From positions 6,448,001-6,512,000 of the forward strand of contig JAWMAR010000010.1 of NCBI GenBank assembly GCA_036785375.1: 64,000 nt of DNA, written 5' to 3'. Shown here piece by piece: positions 1 to 10,817 of this stretch. Under the pieces are notes generated by a model, which saw only the letters and a list, made by a program, of their open reading frames with translations, made no database searches and was not told the DNA's origin. Both the position numbers and the translations under genes were made by a program. The DNA comes from Leucoraja ocellata. Its lineage: Eukaryota. Position 1 is the stretch's first letter. The number at the start of each line of letters is the position of its first letter.

Positions 1-132
1 AGAATTATTGTGGAGGATGTTTTGTCGCCTATGTTCGCTGCTTGTGGTCCATGGGTCAGAAAGTGAACGATCCAGTGACAGAGGGGGAAATGTCACTGGA
101 CCCCGTCTTCGGAAGTTTGAAGAAGAGTTTGT

Positions 133-336
133 GGCGGCACAGTGGAGCAACAGTGGAGTTGCTGCCTTACAGCGCCATGTTCCATCCTGACTATGCGTGC
201 TGTCAGTACGGAGTTTGTATGTTCTCCCTGTGACTGCGTGGGTTTCCTCCGATGTGCAGGATAGTGCTAATACCGGGTTCACTGGTCGGCGGGGACGCGA
301 TGGGCCGCAGGGCCTGTATCCACGCTATATCTCTAA
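133..336 (+). mobile_element. Degraded, internally deleted tRNA-derived SINE (V-SINE/HE1-like); copies on - at ~13641-13845, ~41780-41983, ~61156-61360
   Basis: tRNA-like head ggcggcacagtggagc..., core gtacggagtttgtatgttctccctgtgactgcgtgggtttcctccg, CR1-type tail gatgggccgcagggcctgtatccacgctatatctctaaa. Confidence 0.7.
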
Positions 337-660
337 AGCATAAGGTCTGGTTGGGACAGGCACATGTGTGACTGGATTTACACGGGATTAGTGATATGAG
401 TTTGATTGGAATTTGCTTTGTTAGTTTTTGGGTCAAAGTTTGTTAACACACCAAGACGCACATTTTTGTAATACCTCTGACAAACAGGCCCCGGGTTTGT
501 GTGATCCTTTATTTTAACCCGGCCACGGGTCCCACGCTCCCTTTAAACACTGGGGTTCCGTATACCCATAGTACCTGGGGCCGAAAGGCCTGTTTGCATG
601 TTCTATGATTCTAAAAGCAGGCACCAACTTGTCAACCTGAGCTCCTGTCTGTGCTGTTCT

Positions 661-872
661 GCCTGTGACCGGGAGGATTTTCTCCGGGTGCCCCGGTTTC
701 TACCCACATCCCAAGACCGTGCGGGTCTGTAGATCAATGGGCCTTTGTTTATTTCACCTAGTGTATAGCGACTGGATGAGTACATGGGATAAAATGGGAC
801 TCGTGTGAACGGGAGATCGATGGTGGACGTGGATTCTGTGAACCGAAGGAGTTTCCATGCTGTATCTCTAAA
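661..872 (+). mobile_element. 5'-truncated SINE of the same type; mirror at ~13106-13317 and copies in units B and C
   Basis: Core ttctccgggtgccccggtttctacccacatcccaagac and tail tttccatgctgtatctctaaa. Confidence 0.6.
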
Positions 873-2203
873 CCAAGATCAAGCGCTACGGTGATTGGCT
901 GGAGAATGGCGGGAAATGGACTGATATTTGTGCAAGATAACAGGTAACAGAGAAACATAAGTGGAGATGAGTCAAATGCTCGATGTGGCCATGGATCCAA
1001 TGGGCCGAATGGTCCTTTGGAAATGTTACAGGCAAGTCAGAACGTCATTGTATTAAAATAAAACATCAAATTAAAGCAAACCAAATAATTATTGTATAGC
1101 TGAATTTAATGACCACTTTACACGTTGTTCCATGTTGCTCTCCCATTCAAATATTTTGAGAGTTTTATACATATACACAGCATATTGAATTCAAGATTAA
1201 AGTTATGTATTGTATAAGTGAATTTAATTAGCATTTTCGATTTATCGCACTTCCATTAAAATTTACTTCGAAGTTTGTTAATATTTTAATTTAAGCAAAC
1301 TGCATTAATAATAAGATTGTCTTCATTACGTGTTAAATGCATTATTTGAGATTTATAAGCAGAGCACTACGAAGAAAGGGACTAGAAATAGATTAGTCAG
1401 GATCCAGGGGTTGCCACAGCAGGGAGGTTTGGACATGCTTCTGGAGTCAACGGGTCAGAGAATTGTACAGTGAAGAAATTGGGCCTTCGGACACACATGT
1501 CGATATGAACATCTTTGTCTATGTACATGCATCCCGTTGGCCTCAATTAGATCCATATCCTTCCAACGTGTAATAAGAGGGAACTGCTGATGCCGGTGTT
1601 TACCAAAGATAGACACGATGTGCTTGCGTAAGTCAGTGGATCAGGCAGCAACTCTGTAGGACGTGGATAGGTGACGTTTCATGCCCGGTCCCCTTCTAAC
1701 CAACTGGGAATTTGCAGCACTTTGTCCATCCTTCCAACTATTTCCCAATTAAGGGCCTGTTCATGCGTCTAAACGTCTATCGTACATGTTGGTGTATCTC
1801 ATTTCCACCACTTTGTTTCCTAACATAATCCTGATATCAAACCCTCTCGGTGTACAGAACCTTTCCTTTGAACTAGAAGTACTGCATTTTATTATATTAC
1901 ACAAATATTAAAGCGAGTCGGATAATTAGTATGATTGACAACCAAAGGTCGACAAAATCAGCCAGACCGCAAAAACAGGTGGGATCGGCGAACTTCATTG
2001 CGAGGCAGGTTATATTGCAGTCGGAACACTGGTCTGCTCAGCTTCCACGGATGGATCAGTCTTCACGCTTGCTGCGGACACAACAAGACCAATTAAAACA
2101 AGCCTCGGTAATTGTCCCACAAGACCATTCCTGGCATCTCCATTCACAGCCGTCATTTAAATATGTGAAGTGATTCGGACGGATATTTGAACGGAATTCC
2201 AGA

Positions 2204-2350
2204 NNNNNNNNNNNNNNNNNNNNNNNNNNNNNNNNNNNNNNNNNNNNNNNNNNNNNNNNNNNNNNNNNNNNNNNNNNNNNNNNNNNNNNNNNNNNNNNNN
2301 NNNNNNNNNNNNNNNNNNNNNNNNNNNNNNNNNNNNNNNNNNNNNNNNNN
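2204..2350. other. N-run (147 nt) at the 3' tail of the Rex/Babar LINE (minus-strand copy)
   Basis: Flanks are the near reverse complement of those around the N-runs at 11646, 39562 and 59105. Confidence 0.9.
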
Positions 2351-3178
2351 GGGAGATTCAGATGTCCAGAAGCCCCCAACCAACAAACGCACAGATTCAA
2401 AACGAACGCAGACAGAAAATACATAGAATACACTGTGGACACTACCTGAGAGCAATAAATACTTAAAAAGACCAATAATTAACAATTAAAAATTAAAAAT
2501 TGCAAAAATGTATCCCCCTACAGCCTAGCGGTCCGAATTATAAAATCTAATGGCTGCAGGGGTGAAGGATGTCCTGAACCGCTCCGTTCTGCAGGGCAGG
2601 GAGGGGAGCCGGTTGTTGTTCCGAGTGCTCTTTTGACTCTCCAGAATTACATGGAGGGGATGCCCGGGGTTTTTCAGGATGACCTGCACTTTGTGCCTCA
2701 TACGCCTCTCAAGCACATCCATCCCAGAGTCTACTCTCCCCTCCAGCACTGAGCTAGCTCGTTTAACCAGATTGACCAGCTTCTTGTTGTTTTTTTCACT
2801 AATGTTGTTGCCCCAGCAGACAACAGCGTCGAAAATGACACTTGCAACCACAGAGTTGTAAAACATGTGCAGCATATCACTACACACATTGAAGGATTTG
2901 AGCCTTCTGAGGAAAGAGAGTCTGCTCTGACCTTTTTTGTAGAGGGAGTCAGAGTTGATAGACCAGTCCAGTTTGTTATCAAGGTGCACTCCAAGGTATT
3001 TATATATCTGCACCACCTCAATGTCAGCCCCAGCAGCGTTGACCGGCTGAAGGGGGAGCTTGGACCTTCCAAAGTTAACCACCATCTCTTTAGTCTTAGT
3101 TGTGTTCAGGATGAGACAGTTCTCTTCACTCCAGGCACAAAAGGAACTGGTCAAGTTCCTGTATTCCTCCTCCTGTCA
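2351..3178 (-). mobile_element. 5'-truncated Rex1/Babar-clade non-LTR retrotransposon (RT C-terminus, DUF1891-like region, 3' UTR)
   Basis: ORF 2525-3154 contains LNTTKTKEMVVNF...YKYLGVHLDNKLDWS...KKGQSRLSFLRRLKSF, typical of Rex/Babar ORF2 C-termini. Confidence 0.85.
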
Positions 3179-3562
3179 GCGTTTGACAACATCATTTGAG
3201 GTGGACATCAATATGCGAAACAGGTGATTAACTTAACACGAGTCACGTATATTGGTCGATGTGTTCACAGTGAGGAGGATTGTCTGACCTGCAGCAAGGT
3301 ATTGGTTTATTATCGTCACCTTGACACAGATAGGAGGAAAAAAACTTTGTTTCGCGTGTCATCCAGATAAATTATTCCATAAACCCAAACCGTGCAGAAT
3401 ATAGTCTTACAGAGAAAGGGCAGAGGGCAAGGGCAGACTGGAGGATCGGGAATACATTCTTGTCTTTTGAGGGATTTCCCAAAGCGCCTGAGCGCGTAAG
3501 AAACTGTTCTTCCCTCTGTAGGTACATGATGCACCCGAGCCATGTATTGACAACGTGACAGG

Positions 3563-3800
3563 GGTACCATGGTGGCGCAGTTGTAGAGATGCTGCCTTGC
3601 AGCGGAGAGTCCCGGGTTCGATCCTGATTACGGATGCTGTCTGTGCGGAGTTTCCACGTGCTCCCCGTGACCGCATGGTTTTTGTCCCTCCCATAATCCC
3701 AAAGACTTGCGGGTTTGTAGGATAATTGTCCTCTGCAAACGCCCCCTATAGTGCAGGATAGAACTAATGCATGGATGATGATGGTTGGCGCGGCCTAGGA
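3563..3800 (+). mobile_element. tRNA-derived SINE with Pol III A and B boxes; mirror at ~10196-10433 (-)
   Basis: A box ggtggcgcagttg, B box gggttcgatcc, then the V-SINE-like core gctgtctgtgcggagtttccacgtgctccccgtgacc. Confidence 0.75.
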
Positions 3801-3875
3801 AGCCTCACAGTTTTCAATCACACCCCAAAGGTCATTGAGTTTATATCCCAGGCATAGAAACGCAACATTACGTAC

Positions 3876-3975
3876 CTGAGTTTGTCACGGTAGAAGATAA
3901 CACACATCACTAAAAGGACAATGGTTTTTAATCCGAGAGGGATCCACAGGATCAGAACCTTGTAACTCTGTGTGA
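3876..3975 (-). CDS. Transmembrane exon of a second, inverted copy of the Siglec-15-like receptor; its Ig exon would fall in or beyond the 200-N gap
   Basis: Reads as the exact reverse complement of 10021-10120 including splice sites; ORF 3818-4039(-) is identical to 9957-10178(+). Confidence 0.65.
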
Positions 3976-4429
3976 CTGAGGAGAGAGTGAGAGAGATCAG
4001 AGTGGTCACTTGGAAAGTGGAGCGATCGACAATGTACAAATGGTGTATGCTTCACTAAGATCACCTCCCATTCTATACACTCTGGAGAATACAGGTCTAA
4101 TCTGCTGGAGGAAATAACAGACTGCTGACACCGCTCAGGAAGTCAGGCAACTGTCGAAGGAAACACAAAGACGTAGTTTTGTCCGGGAATCCTTCCAGTT
4201 TTGAGGCAAGATCTCGATATGAATTGTCATTCGGCAATTTCCTTCCAGACATGCTACCTGGCCGATCGAGTTCCTCCAGTAGCTTTTTTTTCTGCTCGAG
4301 GTTCCCGTGCCTGCATTCTACAGGGTCTCCGGTCTAATCAATCTCCCCTGATCTTCAATCAACCTGCCTTTCTGGGAAACAGTGACGGATTCTTCACTGC
4401 ACTAATCGTGGCTTTATTGTAGTTAAGAA

Positions 4430-4840
4430 GAACAAAGTCCGACCCAGTACTGCAGGGGTCGTCTCGCTAGAACCTTATATAACTGCGGTAAAATATCTCA
4501 TCCCTTGAATATAACTCCTCTCTTGATAAAACCTGAACAACTATGGCCTTTCGCGACTCTTCCCCATCAGTACATCACCCTTCACTGACACGAGAACAAG
4601 CACAATATGGTCCTTTTGAACATCCACACCACCCGACCTCTGACCATTTAATAAACACTGTTGTTTTATGTTTAGTTCACCCGTGCGGATAATTTGACAA
4701 TTTGCCACATTTTATTCCACATAATGCTTCCACCCACTCATTCAGCTTGTCCACCTTCCCCGAATCTCCGCGTCCTCCTGCCCTCTCACAGTCCCACGGC
4801 ACTACCACCACCATCAGACCTGACAATTGCCCCACCTCAA
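4430..4840 (-). mobile_element. Old degraded CR1 RT fragment; mirror at ~9160-9570 (+)
   Basis: Remnants resembling CR1 RT (DKLNEW...KCGKLS) in ORF 4677-4922(-). Confidence 0.5.
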
Positions 4841-5138
4841 TCAACTCCCTGATGCAGACTGTGAATAGCTGAGACCAAGAACCAAACTGTGAAGTACCTC
4901 GCCAGCCGCAGACTCCCAACATGACAGAGATCCAGATATTTCATTCTACATGCTGCTCGATAACTGCTTCTCAATCCCTGACAGCGCGTTGTCTTAATGC
5001 CGCCTTCTCGCACCTGGTTCACCAAACTCCTGGCTGGGACCCAACCTAGATCCTTCTGAGAATCCAAACCTACCACAGCACCTTGCTCCCTCTCGGGCAT
5101 TCAACTCCTCACCTCGCCAATAGACTACAATACATTGA

Positions 5139-5338
5139 NNNNNNNNNNNNNNNNNNNNNNNNNNNNNNNNNNNNNNNNNNNNNNNNNNNNNNNNNNNNNN
5201 NNNNNNNNNNNNNNNNNNNNNNNNNNNNNNNNNNNNNNNNNNNNNNNNNNNNNNNNNNNNNNNNNNNNNNNNNNNNNNNNNNNNNNNNNNNNNNNNNNNN
5301 NNNNNNNNNNNNNNNNNNNNNNNNNNNNNNNNNNNNNN
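5139..5338. other. Assembly/scaffold gap (exactly 200 N)
   Basis: Round length and unrelated flanks; coincides with the end of the inverted arm. Confidence 0.9.
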
Positions 5339-6184
5339 AAATACGTTGTTTTGCAGACAACCCAGAACAATCATTGTCAAGTCTTCTAATGTTTTTGCAG
5401 ATTCCCCGCTTGAAAGGGATTTGATTTATCTACCCCGAAATGATGAACTGGATTCACTCAGACCAAACACTTCTTTTCCACCTTTTATTTTGGAAGATTG
5501 GTCTTTAGCAGTTTTAGTCTTTACCAGGTGAAAAATCTTTAGACACAAAGGCAAAAAATATACACATTACTGTAACTAAATATAAATAACAGAAAATTAC
5601 ATGTATCTAACATTCCAACTCATAGCAGCCATTTTGTTTTTTAAATAATTTTCACATTTCATTTAATGAAAAATACAGATAATGCCCACTACTGTTACCA
5701 ATTTGTTAGCTTAATATCATATGAATCTTTACTGTTTTTTAACACATTTTACCATATTTTTTAAAATGCAATTATTTAAACTAACACCACACATAGCATA
5801 TAAGTATTAGAGATTAGCTCACATTAGCCCTTAACCCCACAATGAAGCAGGATGTACTTTACATAGACAACAAACACTATCATCACCCTGTCATCTTGGT
5901 TAACAAACACCACCAATATTTCAAACTTTCTCAATCAACACGTTAGCCAGACAAGTTTCTCAGATATTAAAGGGTTAAACAGAGTCTCTGGGGCTGCAGT
6001 CTTCGGCTCAGTTCATTTAGAGTTCAGTCCTTACCGGCTGCCAATCAGGTCTGTAGAAAATCAGTCCTGCTTGCCTTTTCTGGCTATCGCCACAGTCTTT
6101 TCGGACAGTCCTTTTGATTTATTGTTCAAGTTTTGCCGCCCGCAAGTCTCTTCTGTCTTCTTCATTGGCTGCTGGTGCTGTGTG

Positions 6185-7219
6185 TAGGTATGTTACAAAA
6201 CCTACCTGACGCGTGCCTGAGAATCTGCCCCACCCCGTGTGCGTGATTTGCCGCTGTTTAGAGGGGGCGGGTTTAAAACGCGATTTTTACTAGGCTGTTG
6301 CAATCGAAAGTGTTCAGCCTAGTAAATCGTTAACGAAAAATCGCTGAAAGACCCCGTCGCAAAAGGTATTATTAGTTTTTATGGCCTTGTATAATAGTTA
6401 TAGTAGTTTAAAAATCACTCTCTAAACCCGCGAGCTCTCGCAGCCCCAGCGTTTTATAAAGCAAACAATTAAAGGTATGTACCTTATTTTTACATTAAAA
6501 TGGGATTCTTAAGAACCCTGTATATAAAGTTTTCTATAGCGAGTAGCTCATTTTGGGCTCTTTATATCCCGCAGTATTTTTCTGGGCACTTGAGGCACAA
6601 ATCCAGCGCAATGTGAACGTTCTAAACCAGCGCGTTCACAGGAACCCACTGGAAAGCTGATTTAAATTGACTGATTTACAGCAATTGAACACTAAATTCC
6701 TTCCATTTGGCCTATAAATTGATGTAAATGAGATTTTAAAATCATGTTTTATTGTGAATTATTTATGAATATTATTTGGACACTTGGGCTATTTAAAAAC
6801 GTTAATCATTTATTAAGAAATGGATAGATGTTTAGATCTAGTAATTGAAGTTTGAAATTAGCTACACTTGTGTAACTAACTAATTATATGCTTTAATTTC
6901 AGGTCATCCAAGTTAGATTATTTTATGTTTATTTCAGAATGGTTCAATCTACGATAACTGAAAATTTCATTCAGTTCTCTTAATTTTTAAGAAGGTTATG
7001 GGCTTTTGACTGTCCATGATCACAGCTTTTTTGTTATGTCCATAGAAAATCAATAGGGAACAAGATGCTAATTTCCGAGTATGAAAATGGCCATAACGTT
7101 TTAAATACTTGAGATATGAAAGTGAATTAGGTGTCAAATTAAACTTATTTTTATGCTTTACCTGATGGGATAAATTACAGACTTGATTTTAAAAATCTCA
7201 AAATGTTGTAACATTGCTA
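6185..7219. mobile_element. Non-autonomous DNA transposon (MITE-like, 1035 bp) with TAG...CTA termini, 14-bp imperfect TIRs and a 7-bp TSD
   Basis: Left end taggtatgttacaa (6185-6198); right end ttgtaacattgcta (7206-7219; reverse complement tagcaatgttacaa, 12/14 match). CTGTGTG flanks both sides (6178-6184, 7220-7226). AT-rich interior with no ORF in the track. Confidence 0.85.
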
Positions 7220-8290
7220 CTGTGTGCCCTTTTAACCCCCGGGCAGAACTCGGCCGTCTGGGGTTCTGTCCCCACTGTCTCGTGATTTCAATGTAGCATT
7301 TCTCTGCACCTGTTCTTTCATTTCAGTTTGATTTGACAATCATGTAGCGGACGTCACCTTGACAGTACACAAGTGTCGCCACGTTTTGGCGCCGACAGCT
7401 GCAAAGATTCACGGCAGTTCTCTCTACTGCCTGCTGCCGCTGGTGGCATCGGCCCCACCTACCCCTCACTGTCATTCTCGGCTGCCCTCCTCGCCCCCCG
7501 ACAGCCCAACTCACTCTCCGTCGACCCTCCACACTATCAGACGACCCTCCTCACTCTCCGACGGCCCACCTTCCTCTCGGCGGTTGCTCCCGGGTTCCTC
7601 TTCGTTCTTGCGGCGCGGGTCCAGTCGTTAGATCCGCGGTCGGCGAGTCGGTCCTACAGCAGGGCCAAGCCGGAGAACACTCGCAGCCGCGCTGCTGGAC
7701 GAGAACCATCGCCGTGTGGGGTCGGGGGGGGGGGGCTGAACGGCCAGGGTTCCTGCTCCTGATTCCTCTCCAGTTAATCCATCTGGACAGTGCGCTCCTG
7801 GAGTAGACGAGACGCCGGCCCTGGTCCACAGTCAAATACAGGTGGGCTGTGTAATCCGAGAAATAGCAAGATGGTGATCACCTTGTTGGAACTATTAATG
7901 TGTTGGAGAACAGTAGTGAAGGAGGTGTCGGTGCCCAATCCCCTGTGGGCGGGTCTCCCTCTCGGTGTAGAGTTCACCGCTTCACACATTGAATATTCCC
8001 CGTGGAGAATAGTGTTGGGTTCCGGGGAGGCGCGGGTTCGCTGTCGCTCACACTCGCTCTCAGGGCAGCGCCGAGGGAAAGCCGCGCTGTCAGAGGCGCC
8101 CAGTGACCCCTGATCCGGATCCGCCCTTGAATGTGTCCTGTCCCCTGCGCCCCCTGGCCCACCTTCCCTGGGACCATCACTGTCAGCTCCACACTGGGCA
8201 CCGCCTCCACCCACTCCCACAGGGAGAGGTCGGTACAAGACGATTCACCGACAGAACGCTGATACATTCCGGTGTCTGTCCTTCCCTCAG

Positions 8291-8704
8291 GTCCCGGCGG
8301 GAATGTCTCAGTGGTGAATGGGACTGAGTGGGGTTCGGCCACGTTACCATGTGTGTATCGGCAATCCCCGCTTTACCCCAGGGCCCTCACGGTCACATGG
8401 ATGAGGAAGGATCCCTACCGGCACATCGTCACGTTCAGACCACAAGCTGATGGATCCTGGGCGGCGGAGAACGGAGCAACTCGGTTCGAGCTGGTCGGGG
8501 ACCCAGACAAGGGAAACGCCGCAACCAGGATAAACAAGCTGTGTGTGGAGGACAGTGACGGCTACCTGTGTCTGGTGGAGTTCAGCAAAGAGAAAAACTA
8601 CGATCCGATAAACAACGTCATAGAAGAGTTCAAGAGCTTCGTACACCCCCCGTTCACCCATCAGTACCAGCGTGAGGTCCAGCTCCGGGTACGGATCACA
8701 CCCG
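8291..8704 (+). CDS. Ig V-set domain exon of a Siglec-15-like / CD33-family-like receptor
   Basis: Acceptor tgtccttccctcag| at 8290 and donor |gtaaga at 8705 give a 414-nt phase 1-1 exon. Motifs ATLPC (B strand), VTW (C strand), RFELVGDPDKGNA-x-x-RI-x-x-L-x-x-EDSDGYLCLVEF (D-F strands), EVQLRV (G strand). Confidence 0.8.
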
Positions 8705-10020
8705 GTAAGAAACCATCGCCACATTCTGCCGTGTAGAGCGAGGGTGCAGAGGGAGGGAGGAGAGCAGGAACAGGAAACCCTGTCTCTCAGGACTCAGTGG
8801 GCGCAGCCTCGCATCTAGAGGGTCAGATACAACTCCAGAGAAAAGTCAACCATAGTTGATCAATGTATTGGAGTCTATTGGCGAGGTGACGAGTTGAATG
8901 CCCGAGAGGGAACAAGGTGCTGTGGTAGGTTTGGATTCTCAGAAGGATCTAGGTTGGGTCCCAGCCAGGAGTTTGGGGAACCGGGTGCGAGAAGGCGGCA
9001 TTAAGGCAACGCACTGTCAGGGATTGAGAAGCTGTTATCGAGCAGAATGTAGAATGAAATATCTGGATCTCTGTCATGTTGAGAGTCTGCGGCTGGCGAG
9101 GTACTTCACAGATTGGTTCTTGGTCTCAGCTATCCACAGTCTGCATCAGGGAGTTGATTGAGGGGGGCAATTGTAAGGTCTGATGATGGTGGTAGTGCCG
9201 TGGGACTGTGAGAGGGCAGGAGGACGCGGAGATTCGGGGAAGGTGGACAAGCTGAATGAGTGGGTGGGAGCATAATGTGGAATAAAATGTGGCAAATTGT
9301 CAAATTATCCGCACGGGTGAACTAAACATAAAACAACAGTGTTTATTAAATGGTCAGAGATCGGGTGGTGTGGATGTTCAAAAGGACCATATTGTGCTTG
9401 TTCTCGTGTCAATGAAGGGTGATGTACTGATGGGGAAGAGTCGAGAAAGGCCATAGTTGTTCAGGTTTTATCAAGAGAGGAGTTATATTCAAGGGATGAA
9501 ATATTTTACCGCAGTTATATAAGGTTCTAATGAGAAGACCCCTGCAGTACTGGGTCGGACTTTGTTCTTCTTAACTACAATAAAGCCACGATTAGTGCAG
9601 TGAAGAATCCGTCACTGTTTCCCAGAAGGGCAGGTTGATTGAAGATCATGGGAGATTGATTAGACCGGAGACCCTGTAGAATGCAGGCACGGGAACCTTG
9701 AGCAGAAAAAAAAGCTACTGGAGGAACTCGATCGGCCAGGTAGCATGTCTGGAAGGAAATTGCCGAATGACAATTCATATCGAGATCTTGCCTCAAAACT
9801 GGAAGGATCACGGACAAAACGACGTCTTTGGATTTTCTTCGACAGTTGCCTGACTTCCTGAGCGCTGTCAGCAGCCTGTTATTTCCTCCAGCAGATTAGA
9901 CCTGTATTCTCCAGAGTGTATAGAATGGGAGGTGATCTTAGTGAAGCATACACCATTTGTACATTGTCGATCGCTCCACTTTCCAAGTGACCACTCTGAT
10001 CTCTCTCACTCTCTCCTCAG

Positions 10021-10120
10021 TCACACAGAGTTACAAGGTTCTGATCCTGTGGATCCCTCTCGGATTAAAAACCATTGTCCTTTTAGTGATGTGTGTTATC
10101 TTCTACCGTGACAAACTCAG
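10021..10120 (+). CDS. Transmembrane exon (with intramembrane Lys) of the Siglec-15-like receptor
   Basis: Strong pyrimidine acceptor ctctctcactctctcctcag| and donor |gtacgt. Phase-1 start is in frame with the V exon and gives VTQSYKVLILWIPLGLKTIVLLVMCVIFYRDKL. Confidence 0.75.
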
Positions 10121-10817
10121 GTACGTAATGTTGCGTTTCTATGCCTGGGATATAAACTCAATGACCTTTGGGGTGTGATTGAAAACTGTGAGGCTTCCTA
10201 GGCCGCGCCAACCATCATCATCCATGCATTAGTTCTATCCTGCACTATAGGGGGCGTTTGCAGAGGACAATTATCCTACAAACCCGCAAGTCTTTGGGAT
10301 TATGGGAGGGACAAAAACCATGCGGTCACGGGGAGCACGTGGAAACTCCGCACAGACAGCATCCGTAATCAGGATCGAACCCGGGACTCTCCGCTGCAAG
10401 GCAGCATCTCTACAACTGCGCCACCATGGTACCCCTGTCACGTTGTCAATACATGGCTCGGGTGCATCATGTACCTACAGAGGGAAGAACAGTTTCTTAC
10501 GCGCTCAGGCGCTTTGGGAAATCCCTCAAAAGACAAGAATGTATTCCCGATCCTCCAGTCTGCCCTTGCCCTCTGCCCTTTCTCTGTAAGACTATATTCT
10601 GCACGGTTTGGGTTTATGGAATAATTTATCTGGATGACACGCGAAACAAAGTTTTTTTCCTCCTATCTGTGTCAAGGTGACGATAATAAACCAATACCTT
10701 GCTGCAGGTCAGACAATCCTCCTCACTGTGAACACATCGACCAATATACGTGACTCGTGTTAAGTTAATCACCTGTTTCGCATATTGATGTCCACCTCAA
10801 ATGATGTTGTCAAACGC

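Larger units (their letters stand above)
1..5138 (-). repeat. Left arm of large inverted segmental duplication (reverse complement of 8860-13976); runs off the window start and ends at the 200-N gap
   Basis: Position 1 (agaattattgtgg) pairs with 13976 and 5138 pairs with 8860. Mirrored ORFs: 2525-3154(-)/10842-11471(+), 3316-3570(-)/10426-10680(+), 3818-4039(-)/9957-10178(+). Confidence 0.97.

Noticed and set aside
2021-2107. Possible small exon (ttgcag|tcggaaca...gcctcg|gtaatt) next to the N-run
   Set aside because: Poor pyrimidine tract, no recognisable protein similarity, and the donor is not conserved in all copies.
2056-2485. ORFs spanning N-runs (also near 5000-5400, 11500-11900, 39400-39900, 58970-59440)
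   Set aside because: Open only because N codons contain no stops.
3563-3640. tRNA gene
   Set aside because: The A/B boxes run directly into a SINE core; no complete cloverleaf is evident.
7871-7925. Signal-peptide exon MVITLLELLMCWRT for the Ig gene
   Set aside because: Weak hydrophobic core and no phase-1 donor compatible with the V exon.
8291-8740. Rearranging antigen-receptor V segment (IgNAR/TCR)
   Set aside because: No CACAGTG heptamer or nonamer after the second Cys; the G strand is encoded contiguously and ends at a splice donor; no FGxG/WGxG motif.
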